From positions 201,066,001 to 201,130,000 of the forward strand of contig NC_042998.1 of the NCBI RefSeq assembly GCF_006345805.1: 64,000 bases of DNA, in the 5' to 3' direction. The notes beneath the pieces are model-generated. The model did not search any database. It had not been told where the DNA came from and saw only the letters and a program-made list of their open reading frames with translations. Positions 1-11,457 of this stretch are shown in pieces (position 1 is the first letter of the stretch; each line of letters opens with the position of its first letter). The stretch is from Octopus sinensis. Taxonomy: Eukaryota. Made by a program: the position numbers and the translations under genes.

Positions 1-205
1 TCGATGAAGAGAAAACACTCTTTAAATGAAATGGCCATTTCCAGAATGAACTTGGGTCAATATTGTTCCGAATAATTTGAATCTAAGGATAAAAAATACC
101 AAGATGGTGGAAATGGGCACAGTTGCATAAGGGAAATCATAAATGCATTTACTCAGTGCAGGAACTTAAGGGTAATTGAATATAGATACAGTAAATGAAC
201 ATAAA

Positions 206-382
206 GTTAGAGAGAGAGAGAGGGGGGCAGACAGAGACAGAGAGTAGCAGCGAGAGTGAGGGACAGAGAGAGAGAGAGAAAGTGGCACAAAATAAGAGAG
301 AGAGGGACAAAGAGGGACAGAGAGTGGCAGAGAGAGGGATGGGCGACAAACAGAGACAGACAGTGTCAGAGAGAGAGAGAGA

Positions 383-413
<31 letters not shown>

Positions 414-521
414 GGACAGAGAGGGACAGAGAGTAGCAGCGAGAGAGGGACAGAGAGAGAGAGAGAGAGAAAGTGGCACAGAGAGAGCGAGAGAGAGGGA
501 CAGAGAGGGACAGAGAGTGGC

Positions 522-558
<37 letters not shown>

Positions 559-560
559 TA
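206..560. repeat. Compound GA-rich satellite/microsatellite
   Basis: Repeated GAGGGACAGAGAG / GTGGCA(C)AGAGAG blocks in (GA)n. ORFs 195..581, 149..349 and 366..620 are low-complexity artefacts. Confidence 0.9.
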
Positions 561-2003
561 TTGATGAAATACCCGCAATGAGTGGGATTTGATGAAGATA
601 TACAGATTATTAATCAGCATTCCGTCTCTCTGGTGCAGAGTAATAGCAAACGGATGAGAGGTGCAAACAAAAATTTTGTAGCATTCGAAAGGTAAGAGAG
701 TACGTGATGAAGAAAATTCTAGGATAATTCATGTGCAAATCAACAACTTTATACTGCATAACCGAAGAATGCTCCAATAGCGTTAATACTCTTTTGTACA
801 ACAATATTAGAGCTTTTAGAAACCTACTCGTTCAAAGACGGACGTGTAGTCGTTAGAAACAATTTTATTAATATCTTATATGTCAAAATTTTATGAGAAG
901 TCGAAAACAATTTAATAACTTGTTTTGGCAGTAAGTTTGACAGAGCATATTGAAGATAAAATACAAAGCTGTTTCAAATTATGTGTAATACTTCTAGTCG
1001 GTCGTATTTTAAAATTATCTTTTCGCTGCCTTATGTCAGGCTGTGGTCATTGTGTACGGATGCAGTTTGGATCTCTTATCTATGGATAACACCTGTGGGG
1101 ATAGTGAGGATGTGTCTTCTCTACAATGCTATGTTTATTTTTCAGAAAATGTTTATGTAATTTCCAGAACTAGAGTAAAAGAAACACAAACTATAGGACA
1201 AATAAGTAATAGATGATGTGTGCTGTGCAAAGTTTTGCAAGAACAATTTATTAGCGGGTATTCTAATACGAAATTGATAATCAAAAAATTAGTTAACATC
1301 GCTAATTGATTTTTATAAGAGACATTAAAAGGTTTTGCTTTCTGTTAATGAATAAGCATCGCATTCTAAGAATTTATGATCAAACGATTATCCCCTCCAT
1401 CGAGGATTACATGTTGGGTCCACATGTGAACATTCAGAAGAATGTAAAACGATGCCAATTACTTCTCTGCATCTTGCTGATCTTTTGTTTTACACTTAGG
1501 TGGATAAATAATAACTGGACAGCTATCTATATTTGTAAAGTATCACTTATCCAGAGGAACTGTACGTATGAGGTTCAGGTGGATAGTTAATGGTGTAATC
1601 TATGGTTGACTAATGTAGAGTTTCAAGATTATGGCACAGTTTGTTGTGACCAGATTTTCCATTGTACGCAACTTTCCAAAATAATGTTCAACAGGTGTGT
1701 AGAAACAAGTCATTTACTATTACGTTTATTATATTCCAGTTATCAGTAACTGAATATTAATTATAACAACGATTTCAAATCATTCACTCAGGTACATCTT
1801 CAAATTCAAGACATGTGAGACATAATATTTTCTTTCATACTAAAGCACCTCCAGTGCTTCATCCGATAGAATTCTCAGATTAAGATAAATAGTGCTAAGT
1901 ATTTTTATTCTCACGTAATATATATATGTATGTGTATGTGTTTTTGTACATGTATATATATAATATATATATATTATATATATATATATATATATAAATA
2001 TAT

Positions 2004-2135
2004 TTGAGACAAACCACTATTTTGCAAAACAAACAAGGAAAGACTTAATCAATACATAAAATTTAATAAATAGTCAAAAAAACCGCCACTACAATCGTTT
2101 CTTGTCTTGATCGACAATCTTCAGGTGGACTTCCA
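2004..2135 (-). mobile_element. Penelope-like element pLTR fragment ending in (TA)n
   Basis: Contains the minimal hammerhead typical of PLE pLTRs and abuts (TA)n at ~1915-2003. Its 3' part recurs between TA tracts at ~16770-16838. Confidence 0.6.
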
Positions 2136-2466
2136 ATTTGTATTTGAAGAGAGTTATAAGACTCCTTTAAAAGATCAATTTCTGATAGAAATTGTTTGGT
2201 AGCTGGTTGTTCATCGGCTGATAGATGTGTTTGCTTCAGATGGAATTTGTTGCACAAAACTTGTACAATTTCCATAAGCTGCCTCAGAAGATTGGATTTT
2301 TTATCACATTGCATCTGCTGTCGTTGTAAATCTGAACTCAGTTTATTGATGTGTTTCTCAGCTCTCTGGTTTCTGAGCTCAAGCTGAATGTTTTTGACGT
2401 GACATACAAAGTTCCGACAATAATAACCTCGCCAGGCTGCCTGGATACATGTAGCTGCACAGTGCA
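2063..2466 (-). CDS. CEP97: Exon encoding an IQ motif and coiled coil, similar to centrosomal protein CEP97 (LRRIQ2)
   Basis: Acceptor TTTTATAG| precedes 2466. The frame gives HCAATCIQAAWRGYYCRNFVCHVKNIQLELRNQRAEKHINKLSSDLQR, which from memory aligns with the CEP97 IQ region (AATKLQACWRGFYARN...[23 protein letters not shown]). The frame stays open to TAA at 2063-2065. The last ~22 codons are PLE-derived, so the true 3' boundary is uncertain. Confidence 0.65.
2086..2128 (-). ncRNA. Minimal type I hammerhead ribozyme (Penelope-type, dimer-dependent)
   Basis: Minus strand reads CCAC CTGAAGA TTGTC gatcaa GACAA GAAA C gatt G TA GTGG. Stem I is CCAC/GTGG, the core is CUGAAGA plus GAAA, stem II is 5 bp, stem III is 2 bp, and the cleavage triplet is GUA. 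Confidence 0.85.
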
Positions 2467-2484
2467 CTATAAAATTTATAATGT

Positions 2485-2577
2485 GGAGGTGCAATGGCCC
2501 AGTGGTTAGGGCAGCAGACTTGTAGTCGGAGGATCGCAGTTTCGATTCCCAGACTGGGCGTTGTGTGTGTTTATTTA
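2485..2577 (+). mobile_element. tRNA-derived SINE family C, head only
   Basis: A box TGGCCCAGTGG and B box GTTTCGATTCC. Matches the head of the longer copies at 52359 and 54236. Confidence 0.85.
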
Positions 2578-3013
2578 ACATATATATATTAACAATTAAG
2601 GAACGGCCATAATAGGCCATTCACCCACTTACAGGGTAAATGTTTTTTTAATTTTCTCCTGTTTACGGAATTAATCTTTATTTGCGGTAGAAGCTTTGGC
2701 TGTTATTTCTAGTGGGTGAATGGCCTATTATGGCCGTTCCTTAATTGTTAATGTTGAACTTAAAAATGGTCTATGACTATTTAATTTTTTCCTACTGGGC
2801 TGCTGGTGGCAATAAAATTCTACAAAATTTTCCTTGCCACCCTATATTGATTAATTATGAATTTTTTGGTTAATTCCGTAATGGAATCGACGGCTGATAT
2901 TTATTTGCTGCCGATAAATTTGGCGCGAGTGCGACGATTTGAAAATTTTAGGTCAGATATTGCCTTGGCAAGATTGGGTATGCCTCGTGTAAATATCTGT
3001 TCCGACTTGAGCT

Positions 3014-3120
3014 ATTTCTTGCTGAAGAATCCGAGGGCTTATGGAAGATTGGCTTGATTTAATTTAATCAGGTTAGTTTACCATTAAACAGCGGATGAAA
3101 CGGTATACCGTACAAGAAAT
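3014..3120 (+). ncRNA. Type I hammerhead ribozyme, copy 1
   Basis: Stem I ATTTCTTG (3014-3021)/CAAGAAAT (3113-3120); CTGAAGA 3022-3028; stem II ATCCG/CGGAT with a long internal hairpin; GAAA 3097-3100; stem III ACGG-tata-CCGT; predicted cleavage after GUA (3112). Confidence 0.9.
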
Positions 3121-3508
3121 TAACAGGGTAAATGTTTTTTTTAATTTTCTCTTCTCCTGTTACGGAATTAATCTTTATTTGCGGTAGAAGCTTTGGCTGT
3201 TATTTCTAGTGGGTGAATGGCCTATTATGGCCGTTCCTTAATTGTTAATGTTGAACTTAAAAATGGTCTATGACTATTTAATTTTTTCCTACTGGGCCGC
3301 TGGTGGCAATAACATTCTACAAAATTTTCCTTGCCACCCTATATTGATTATTATGAATTTTTTGGTTAATTCCGTAATGGAATCGACGGCTGATATTTAT
3401 TTGCTGCGATAAATTTGGCGCGAGTGCGACGATTTGAAAATTTTAGGTCAGATATTGCCTTGGCAAGATTGGGTATGCCTCGTGTAAATATCTGTTCCGA
3501 CTTGAGCT

Positions 3509-3613
3509 ATTTCTTGCTGAAGAATCCGAGGGCTAATGGAAGATTGGCTTGATTTAATTAATCAGGTTAGTTACCATTAAACAGCGGATGAAACGGTATA
3601 CCGTACAAGAAAT
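3509..3613 (+). ncRNA. Type I hammerhead ribozyme, copy 2
   Basis: Same stems and core as copy 1: CTGAAGA 3517-3523, GAAA 3590-3593, predicted cleavage after 3605. Confidence 0.9.
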
Positions 3614-3832
3614 TACAGGGTAAATGTTTTTTAATTTTTCTCCTTTTACGGAATTATCTTTATTTGCGGTAGAAGCTTTGGCTGTTATTTCTAGTGGGTG
3701 AATGGCCTATTATGGCCGTTCCTTAATTGTTAATGTTGAACTTAAAAATGGTCTATGACTATTTAATTTTTTCCTACTGGGCCGCTGGTGGCAATAAAAT
3801 TCTACAAAATTTTCCTTGCCACCCTATATTGA

Positions 3833-3867
<35 letters not shown>

Positions 3868-3883
3868 GTGTGTTGTGTGTGTA

Positions 3884-3957
<74 letters not shown>

Positions 3958-4160
3958 ATTTATAACGCACACATACATGCATAATACATACATATATATA
4001 TATAATATATTATATATATATATATATTATATATATATATATGTGTGTGTATACACACATATATATATGTATGTATATATACATACAGGAGGCTCTTAGT
4101 AATAACAGTGTAGCACAAAATGGCGGTGCATCAGCATAGTCGCAGCTCTGAGCTGAAACT

Positions 4161-4198
<38 letters not shown>

Positions 4199-4254
4199 CA
4201 TACATACATACATATATACATACATTATACATATATATGTATATATATATATAT

Positions 4255-4285
<31 letters not shown>

Positions 4286-4459
4286 ATATTATATATATAT
4301 ATATATATTATATACTTACATGTATGTATGTATACATATATACAATGAATATTTAGGTTGCATTGAGGAAAGTGTCACCCTTTTATATTATTAATTTTGG
4401 TAATTCACATTGCTGGTTTTTAAAAATTTTCTGGACAACACAGCATAGTAGGGTCAGTT

Positions 4460-5190
4460 GGGTGGAGTTTGTGAGAAGAACAGCACCTTGAGGCAGTTAA
4501 CGCTGTCAGAAATTTGGAAGCGACATGGTGTACTGCCTGGCATTCGCGCCGGAAGCTGCAATACGAACATTGCTGAGAGTTTGGGTGTCAATTTGAGAAC
4601 ATGTACCAAGAGTGATAAAAATCAAAGATCCAGCCAATATCATGGTCTTTGCAGTGACCACTAGTGATGGCGATGTTATGCCTCGATTCATCTTCCCACA
4701 CCCCCTCAGACTTAACTCGAAGGCCTACACCAAGTGTCTGGAGGAGGTAGTCCTGCCTGTGTGAAGACACAATGTCTGGATACAGGATTCTGCACCATGG
4801 AGCAGAAGCAGGAGACCCAGTTCACCGCTTTCAGGCCGTTACTCCGACCACTCCACTCCTGAAATCTGGCCACGTAACTCCCCAGTCTGCAAACACCTTG
4901 ATTAGTAAGTGTGGTGCGCAGTTGAGCAGGAGACCAACAGAAGTGCTTGTAACACCAAAGATGAACTGAAGGCAAAGATTATAGCAACGTTCAGCAAGTT
5001 AAACAGGGTGAGCGTCTAAAGCAGTTGCCGGGGATTCCAAAGTCGACTGGAGATACCGAGTAAACTGAAGACAACGGTGATTTTATTTCAACATATTTTT
5101 ATGTAAATTTGGTAAATATAGCTGTTAAAATGGGACGACAGTACTATTTTCAATTTTGCGTATATTAGACGATAGCTTATTCACTTCACA
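4460..5190 (+). mobile_element. Decayed Tc1/mariner-superfamily transposase remnant
   Basis: Frameshifted translation gives DPANIMVFAVTTSDGDVMPRFIFPHPLRLNSKAYTKCLEEVVLP ... WIQDSAPW ... WGAVEQETNRSACNTKDELKAKI, a DDE catalytic region with an internal deletion and stops. Confidence 0.8.
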
Positions 5191-5261
5191 TTGCATATAT
5201 ATGTATGCGTACATATGTCTGTATAGTTAATCACATATATGTACAAATATTTATATATACT

Positions 5262-5296
<35 letters not shown>

Positions 5297-5373
5297 ATAG
5301 GCGTACATATGTGTATATATATATGTATATATATATTTACATATATATATATATATGAATATATACTTATATG

Positions 5374-5438
<65 letters not shown>

Positions 5439-6815
5439 ATAAAATTCTAAGAAAACCGAGAATACCTACATAATGTAATCAATTTATTACCCTAGTCCAA
5501 CCAAATTAATAATTTCATTGCAGTTATTCAATATTTGCACATTTAAAGTGCATTATGAAGTTGATAGAGTAAAAATAAAACAGTCGAGGAAAATCTACTA
5601 GCATTGGGAAGAGAATGTTTGACTTTCGCATGGAAGGAATTTACCAGATTAGTACATCGAAACGCAAATTAGTTACGAGCAAGAGGGAAAGAGGATACTG
5701 GGGTGTTCATAAAGTTAAATAGACTTTCAATAATTTTAATGTAGAGATGTTAAGAAATTCAGTGTAAATGATACCTATGAATAGTTTTCAAAGTTCAATA
5801 TACATTAATAAATTTAAATGAATATGATTAAAATAAACGCCGTGTAAATAATACCAATGAATCGTGTACGAAAATGTATATATGTGTGAAACCAAACTAT
5901 CACATAATATATTTGAATAAATATTTATATGTACCAGTAAGAAATATAAATTTTACAAAAATAAAAAAAAAATAGTGTTGATATAAAATAAATAAATAAA
6001 AGAAACTATCAGAACATAGCTAGAATTATTTTATCAGTAATTAGGGCGTAGATGGATACGTTATGGAGTCGCTGAATAGAATGAGAAGTAGCGACAGGCT
6101 GTAAGCATTTATACTAAATCAATTTGGCCAAATATGTTGAATTAGGACGTAGATGAATTAGCTGTATCCATGAAAAGTAGTGACAGGCTTGTAAATTGCT
6201 AATCGGCACTACCAAATGAGTGGAAGAGTACCATGACCTAGTTCTTGTGAACTACGCTTTTCCCTTGTCCACTTAGGTCAAAACGTTAATCTTTAAGCTA
6301 TTTTTAGAATAGAGTCCTGGAAGAACATGTTACGGTTGAATCGGAATAAAATCTTCATCCGTTAGGATTTGACAAATATCAGTGTTTTATGCCCTGAGGA
6401 GGCTTGTTGCTTTCTCAACTTCATAATGCACTTTCAAAGTGCAAATATTGAATAAGAGCAACCAGCAGAAACACAGCAAAGGCAATATTAATGAACATAT
6501 AAATTTGGCTGGACTATTGTAATAAATAGTTTACTACTCGTATGTACATCTGTTTTCTTTGAAACATTAAACATTTTCTACTATATCGAAAATGATGGAC
6601 ATAACCATTGCGAGAAGTGGCGTTTCAGATGCGTAAAATACAAGTATTAAAGAAGAACCAACGGTAAGCACTAGTACATATTCGCATGAAGAATCTCCAG
6701 TATCGATACTCGATGTTAGTGCAAAATTGGTGTACGCTTGAATATTGAATAGTATTTCCCTCGAAACAACTTCTTTCTATACAGACTCATATATATATAT
6801 ATCTATATATCTCTA

Positions 6816-6918
<103 letters not shown>

Positions 6919-7049
6919 ACATAGATACATACGTATGTATGTATATATATATATAGAGAGAGAGAGAGAGAAAGAGAGAGAGATATATAGATTGATAGGT
7001 ATACATATAGATGGATAGATATACATATATATATGCATATATATAGGTA

Positions 7050-7095
<46 letters not shown>

Positions 7096-7403
7096 TATAA
7101 ATGTGTATATACATATATGTACATACCTACATGTATATGTATATATACATGCATATATGAGTACAGGACATAAAAAAACAACGTTGAACAAAATGAGAAA
7201 CGAAGACATAGAAACAAAAGCATAGAAAACTAACCTTTTTTTCGAACAACGAAAACCACAAACAGAGAAAAGCGACATGCAACATAAATAAAATTCCCCT
7301 TCATCAGTTGTCCCCGTTTCATCCACTCCGCATTGGAAGTCAAGGACAAATTATAAATATATTCATATTATTATATGATCGAACGCCACGCTTTCATTCC
7401 CAA

Positions 7404-7475
<72 letters not shown>

Positions 7476-7938
7476 ACGTGTGTGTGTTCAGGTGTATACA
7501 TATATGTTCGCGCAGTAGTTTATGTGAACGCGCAAGTGTTCAGATGGGAAGATAGAGGCATAGAAAGTGAAACCGATACCAAAGTAATTGGGACGGTGTG
7601 ATCGTGTGTAAAAGAAAGGCGAACAGATTGAGAGTGGCAGACACACAGCCATTCAGACTTAAATTCTATGAAAGGGAGAATATACGGTTTCTTTATTTAA
7701 TACAGGATTTTCTCAAGTAATCAATAGTTGACGCTAAGTAAATACGTGTAAATCGATAATGTTGACACCAATACTGAATATGTGATAAGTCTATTACATT
7801 GAATGTCAATTAGGTATACAACTGATCAATGGTATTCTATTATTGCAGATGTGTTGATTTGCCAATATTACTGAGAGTTACATATTATGTGACTCTGCAT
7901 CACACTTGCGTAATATGTACACGCACACAAATGTAAAG

Positions 7939-7973
<35 letters not shown>

Positions 7974-8289
7974 GTGTGTGTGTGTGGTGTGTGTGTGTGT
8001 GTGTGCGTGTGTGTGTGTGTACACACACACGAAAATACAGACGTATACTTACTCAAGTTTTCACATGTTTCCACGCACATATCGATACGAACGAGAAAAT
8101 GTATACATATTTGTATATGTTTGCATGCGCATGTGTGCATGTCTGCATGTATGCGTGCACATGTACAGCGTATGTTATAGAGGTTACATATCACCTGGCA
8201 TTTTTGTATGTGTATGATATGGCATACAAACACACATAGATACACACACACACATATATATGATACTTTCGCACATTTGGGATACGTAT

Positions 8290-8760
8290 TTCGACAAATA
8301 CATTGATTTGGCGTTGTCTTCTAATTCTTCTGAACATAATTTCTTTACTCCATCGCAATTCATACCTATGTTCCTTACGATCTTCTTCACCTTATCGCTA
8401 TGCTTTCCGACTAGCTGCATGTCAAATGAGACTTCTATCTGGTTTATACATATCTCCCAACCATTTCTATCCCAACGGTTTTTCAAATAATTATTTGGAG
8501 TTACATTGTCTATCGCTCACTTTGGGCACCAGTTTTGAGATATATTACGTAAGGTTTTATGTTCTACAGCAATAAACGCAGCATCTGATATTGTGGTATT
8601 TTGCCAAGATCGAAGTAAAGAAAGTGCTATTGATTTTACCAAGGATAATAAATCTTGTATCTTTGTTTGTCAAGAGACAATTGGATTCTGTACAGATTGT
8701 AACGCGCCCATTGTTTGTTCTTTTTAAATTGTCTTCCAAAATTCGAAATGAAGTGAGTGT
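8290..8760 (-). mobile_element. Possible L1/Tx1-type LINE 3' remnant
   Basis: FIILGKINSTFFTSILAKYHNIRC resembles post-RT C-terminal segments of Tx1-like LINEs. Multiple stops. Confidence 0.35.
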
Positions 8761-9051
8761 GTACTTGTAACGACGTTCCCCAAGTACTTGTAATCATTGA
8801 GAATCTTTATTATTTCTCATTTTGTATTGCAATTATACGGATTAGCATAAAATATATTGAGTAGTCCTCTATTCGAACTGTTTATTCCAATATCAAACCT
8901 ACATATATTTCTTATTAAACAACCCAAGAATATTTACATTTATTCTCTTCTTCAAATTAACCAACTTTATCGGTTAAAGATAAACTATCGTCTTCTTATT
9001 TGTTAATTGTATGAAATAAACAATTCTTATAAAACATTTTCCTTCAAATAA

Positions 9052-11457
9052 CATTGGACAACACGACTTTTGGTGCCAAGAAACAAACCATATTTTTTAC
9101 CTAATTTGATGGTGCTGATTCCGAAAATGACATTAGTTTTTCATGGTTAGCTACTGTTTTTGCTGTAGTGAATTTTTTTATTTTTGAAAAGAAAAGATCA
9201 ATTCATGACCTTGGCTAATCGCGTAATTTAGTTAAAAAAGGTAGTAGAAACCCACGAATTTCCAGATAGGCCGGGCAGTTTATGTCAGCCACCTGAAATA
9301 AACTATTTTTATAAGAAAAAATGTGTTTTTGAGTGAAAACTTTAAAAATAGAAGTGCCGAACTTTTCCAACTTATTGCCAAAATTCGAATTAGCTGATAA
9401 ACTTTATAAGTAATACACTTTAGTAAACCTGATAATTAAGGTGAAATCGAAAAAATGATACCTTAAAATATTCTGTTTGATATTCATTGATTTATCCCAT
9501 CACTTTTGTCCCTTCAATACGGAATGGAACTAAGCACATTAAGAGCTTTTGTTTTCACAGTTGAAAACAAATAGAAGAAAACTAAAGGCATGCCAATCGA
9601 ATGCACCTATCTCCATTGTACATGATGGACATTATGAAAATGGTTTCACCATAACATCTTCCCTCCACGCAGTATTGCGAAGATACGAAATAGAATCAGC
9701 GTTTCGATTCATTCCATCTTTTCTTATTGACAGTTTTAAGAGTCGTTCCGTAGGACATTAGGCAAGATCAACTTACCTAAATGTGCACACGCAAAGTATA
9801 ATGTAAATGCTCAACCAGCTCATGCTCTTTCTTAGTGATAGAGATAGATATCAAATGACATGGATTTAACGGATGCAAAAATTATCCCAACTTATTTTGG
9901 TATACATGCTGCGACTTCACACCGAAAGCCAACAGGAAATCGATATCTGAATTTTACAAGAAAGCCTATCGTGCTTACTTTCACGTCGAGCTTGATCAGG
10001 ACAAAACATGGGCCCCTCACACTCTTTGCAAGAAATGTTTGGAACACAGGAGACACTGACGACATGTTTGGAACACATGAAACAGTGGACTTCAGGTACC
10101 CGAAAATCGCTGAGATTCGCTATTCCTATGATCTGGAAGAGACAATGAACCACTCAGACGAATGTTACTTTAGCTCAGTCAGTGTTGCGAGACTGAACCA
10201 AAAGAAACGCAGATTTATCGACTTTCCCCGTCTTCATTCCGCTGTTCGACCATTGTCGCATTCAGATGATTTGCCAATCCCAGTTTTTCACGAAAATTAG
10301 TTCAAACTTGTTGAAAGTGACGAGTGTAATACTGATGTAAAAGAGCTCCTTACTATGTTCCTGAAACCGTGCCAAAGCTGAATCATTTGGTTCGAGACTT
10401 AAATCTAAGCAAAGCATCAGCAGAACCTTTGACCTCTACGCTCAACGAAAAACACGTGTTACAAAAAGGCACAAAGGTAACATTCTATCGAAATAGAGAA
10501 GCCGAAAACAAAAAATAACATCTTCCCTCCCCTTGTATATGAAATTGGGATGGATGAAACAGTATGTAAAATCACTCGACAAAGAGGATAAATGTTTTGA
10601 GTATACATGTAAATCGTTTCCAGGACTTAGCCCCGAAAAACTCAGATGTTTGATGGTCCCGATCTCAGGAAACTGATTAAGGATGATAAGTTTGTTAATT
10701 CAAAGAATGATTTGGAATTACTCGCTTTGGCATCGTTTGTGGACGTAGTGAAAACCTCCATAGGCAATCGTCGGGCGAAAATTACAAGGAGTTAGGGGAA
10801 AAGCTTTTGAAAAGTCTACAGTACATAGGCGTTAACATGAGTATTATGGTTCATCTTTTACATAGCTATCTAGATAAAGTTCCTGATAATCGCGGCGATG
10901 TGAGTGATGAATAAGGAGAACGATTCCATGAGGATATCAAAACAATGGAAGAACGATACCAGGGACGGTGAGACAAACGAATGATGGCTGACAACTGCTG
11001 GTGTATCAAAAGGGATTTAAAAAACATTGAACGTGACAGACAATCAAGAAAGAGAAAATTTTTACCATAGTTCTTATGTTCACGAAGTTTTTCTTTCTGC
11101 TGTTAGTTTATTTAATGATTTGATGAAAATATTTGATGGTTTGGTATTTTCAATCGTGTTATTTTTAAAGACTTAAGGTTTGATTGTTATTGCAAAAATA
11201 GTATTTCTCAATAAAAAGACCAATATTTGTTGGTTTAAATACGAATTGAGACATTTCTACGATTTGAGAAATATTGTCATCGATCAATACCAAATATACA
11301 GAGAACAAGTGAAAAAATGCTTTTTGTTTTCCAAAAATGAGCCATTTCGTTCAGCAACCAAGAAAGAGTAAGGCCATTTGCAGATTCAGTGCCCTCAAAG
11401 CTACAAAATGTTTGGTGCGACAACACCATTTCAAAAATTATTTTTTGTTAACCAGTG
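9052..11457 (+). mobile_element. Chapaev3-type (CMC) DNA transposon, internally deleted and decayed
   Basis: Termini CATTGGACAACA ... TGTTAACCAGTG. Transposase fragments: NHSDECYFSSVSVARLNQKKRRFIDFPRLHSAVRPLSHSDDLPIPVF, LPLYMKLGWMKQYVKSLDK, and GERFHEDIKTMEERYQGR*DKRMMADNCW. Family assignment is from recalled motifs. Confidence 0.75.

Larger units (their letters stand above)
2629..3840 (+). mobile_element. Tandem ~493-nt repeat with hammerhead ribozymes: candidate non-LTR retrozyme (~2.45 copies)
   Basis: Near-identical units start at ~2629, ~3120 and ~3613. There is a hammerhead at each junction and no credible ORF. It is flanked by (TA)4 on the left and a long (TA)n on the right. Confidence 0.8.

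Noticed and set aside
618-691. Possible plus-strand exon HSVSLVQSNSKRMRGANKNFVAFE followed by |GTAAGA
   Set aside because: Weak acceptor and no recognisable homology.
2920-3010. Possible Pol III A/B boxes in the retrozyme unit (TGGCGCGAGTG, GTTCCGAC)
   Set aside because: Both deviate from consensus, so a promoter cannot be supported.
2857-3057. 66-aa ORF within the retrozyme unit
   Set aside because: No recognisable motif, and disrupted by an indel in copy 2. The unit behaves as non-coding RNA.
6394-6480. CTGAGGA...long stem...GAAAC
   Set aside because: G.A mismatch at the stem II base and no GUH or stem III closure. Not callable as a ribozyme.
7301-7349. Minus-strand TTGTCC...GAAACGG GGACAA CTGATGA: hammerhead core strings with a 6-bp helix
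   Set aside because: No NUH triplet before the helix and no GAAA after a closable stem II, so no hammerhead topology can be completed. It may be a decayed relic.
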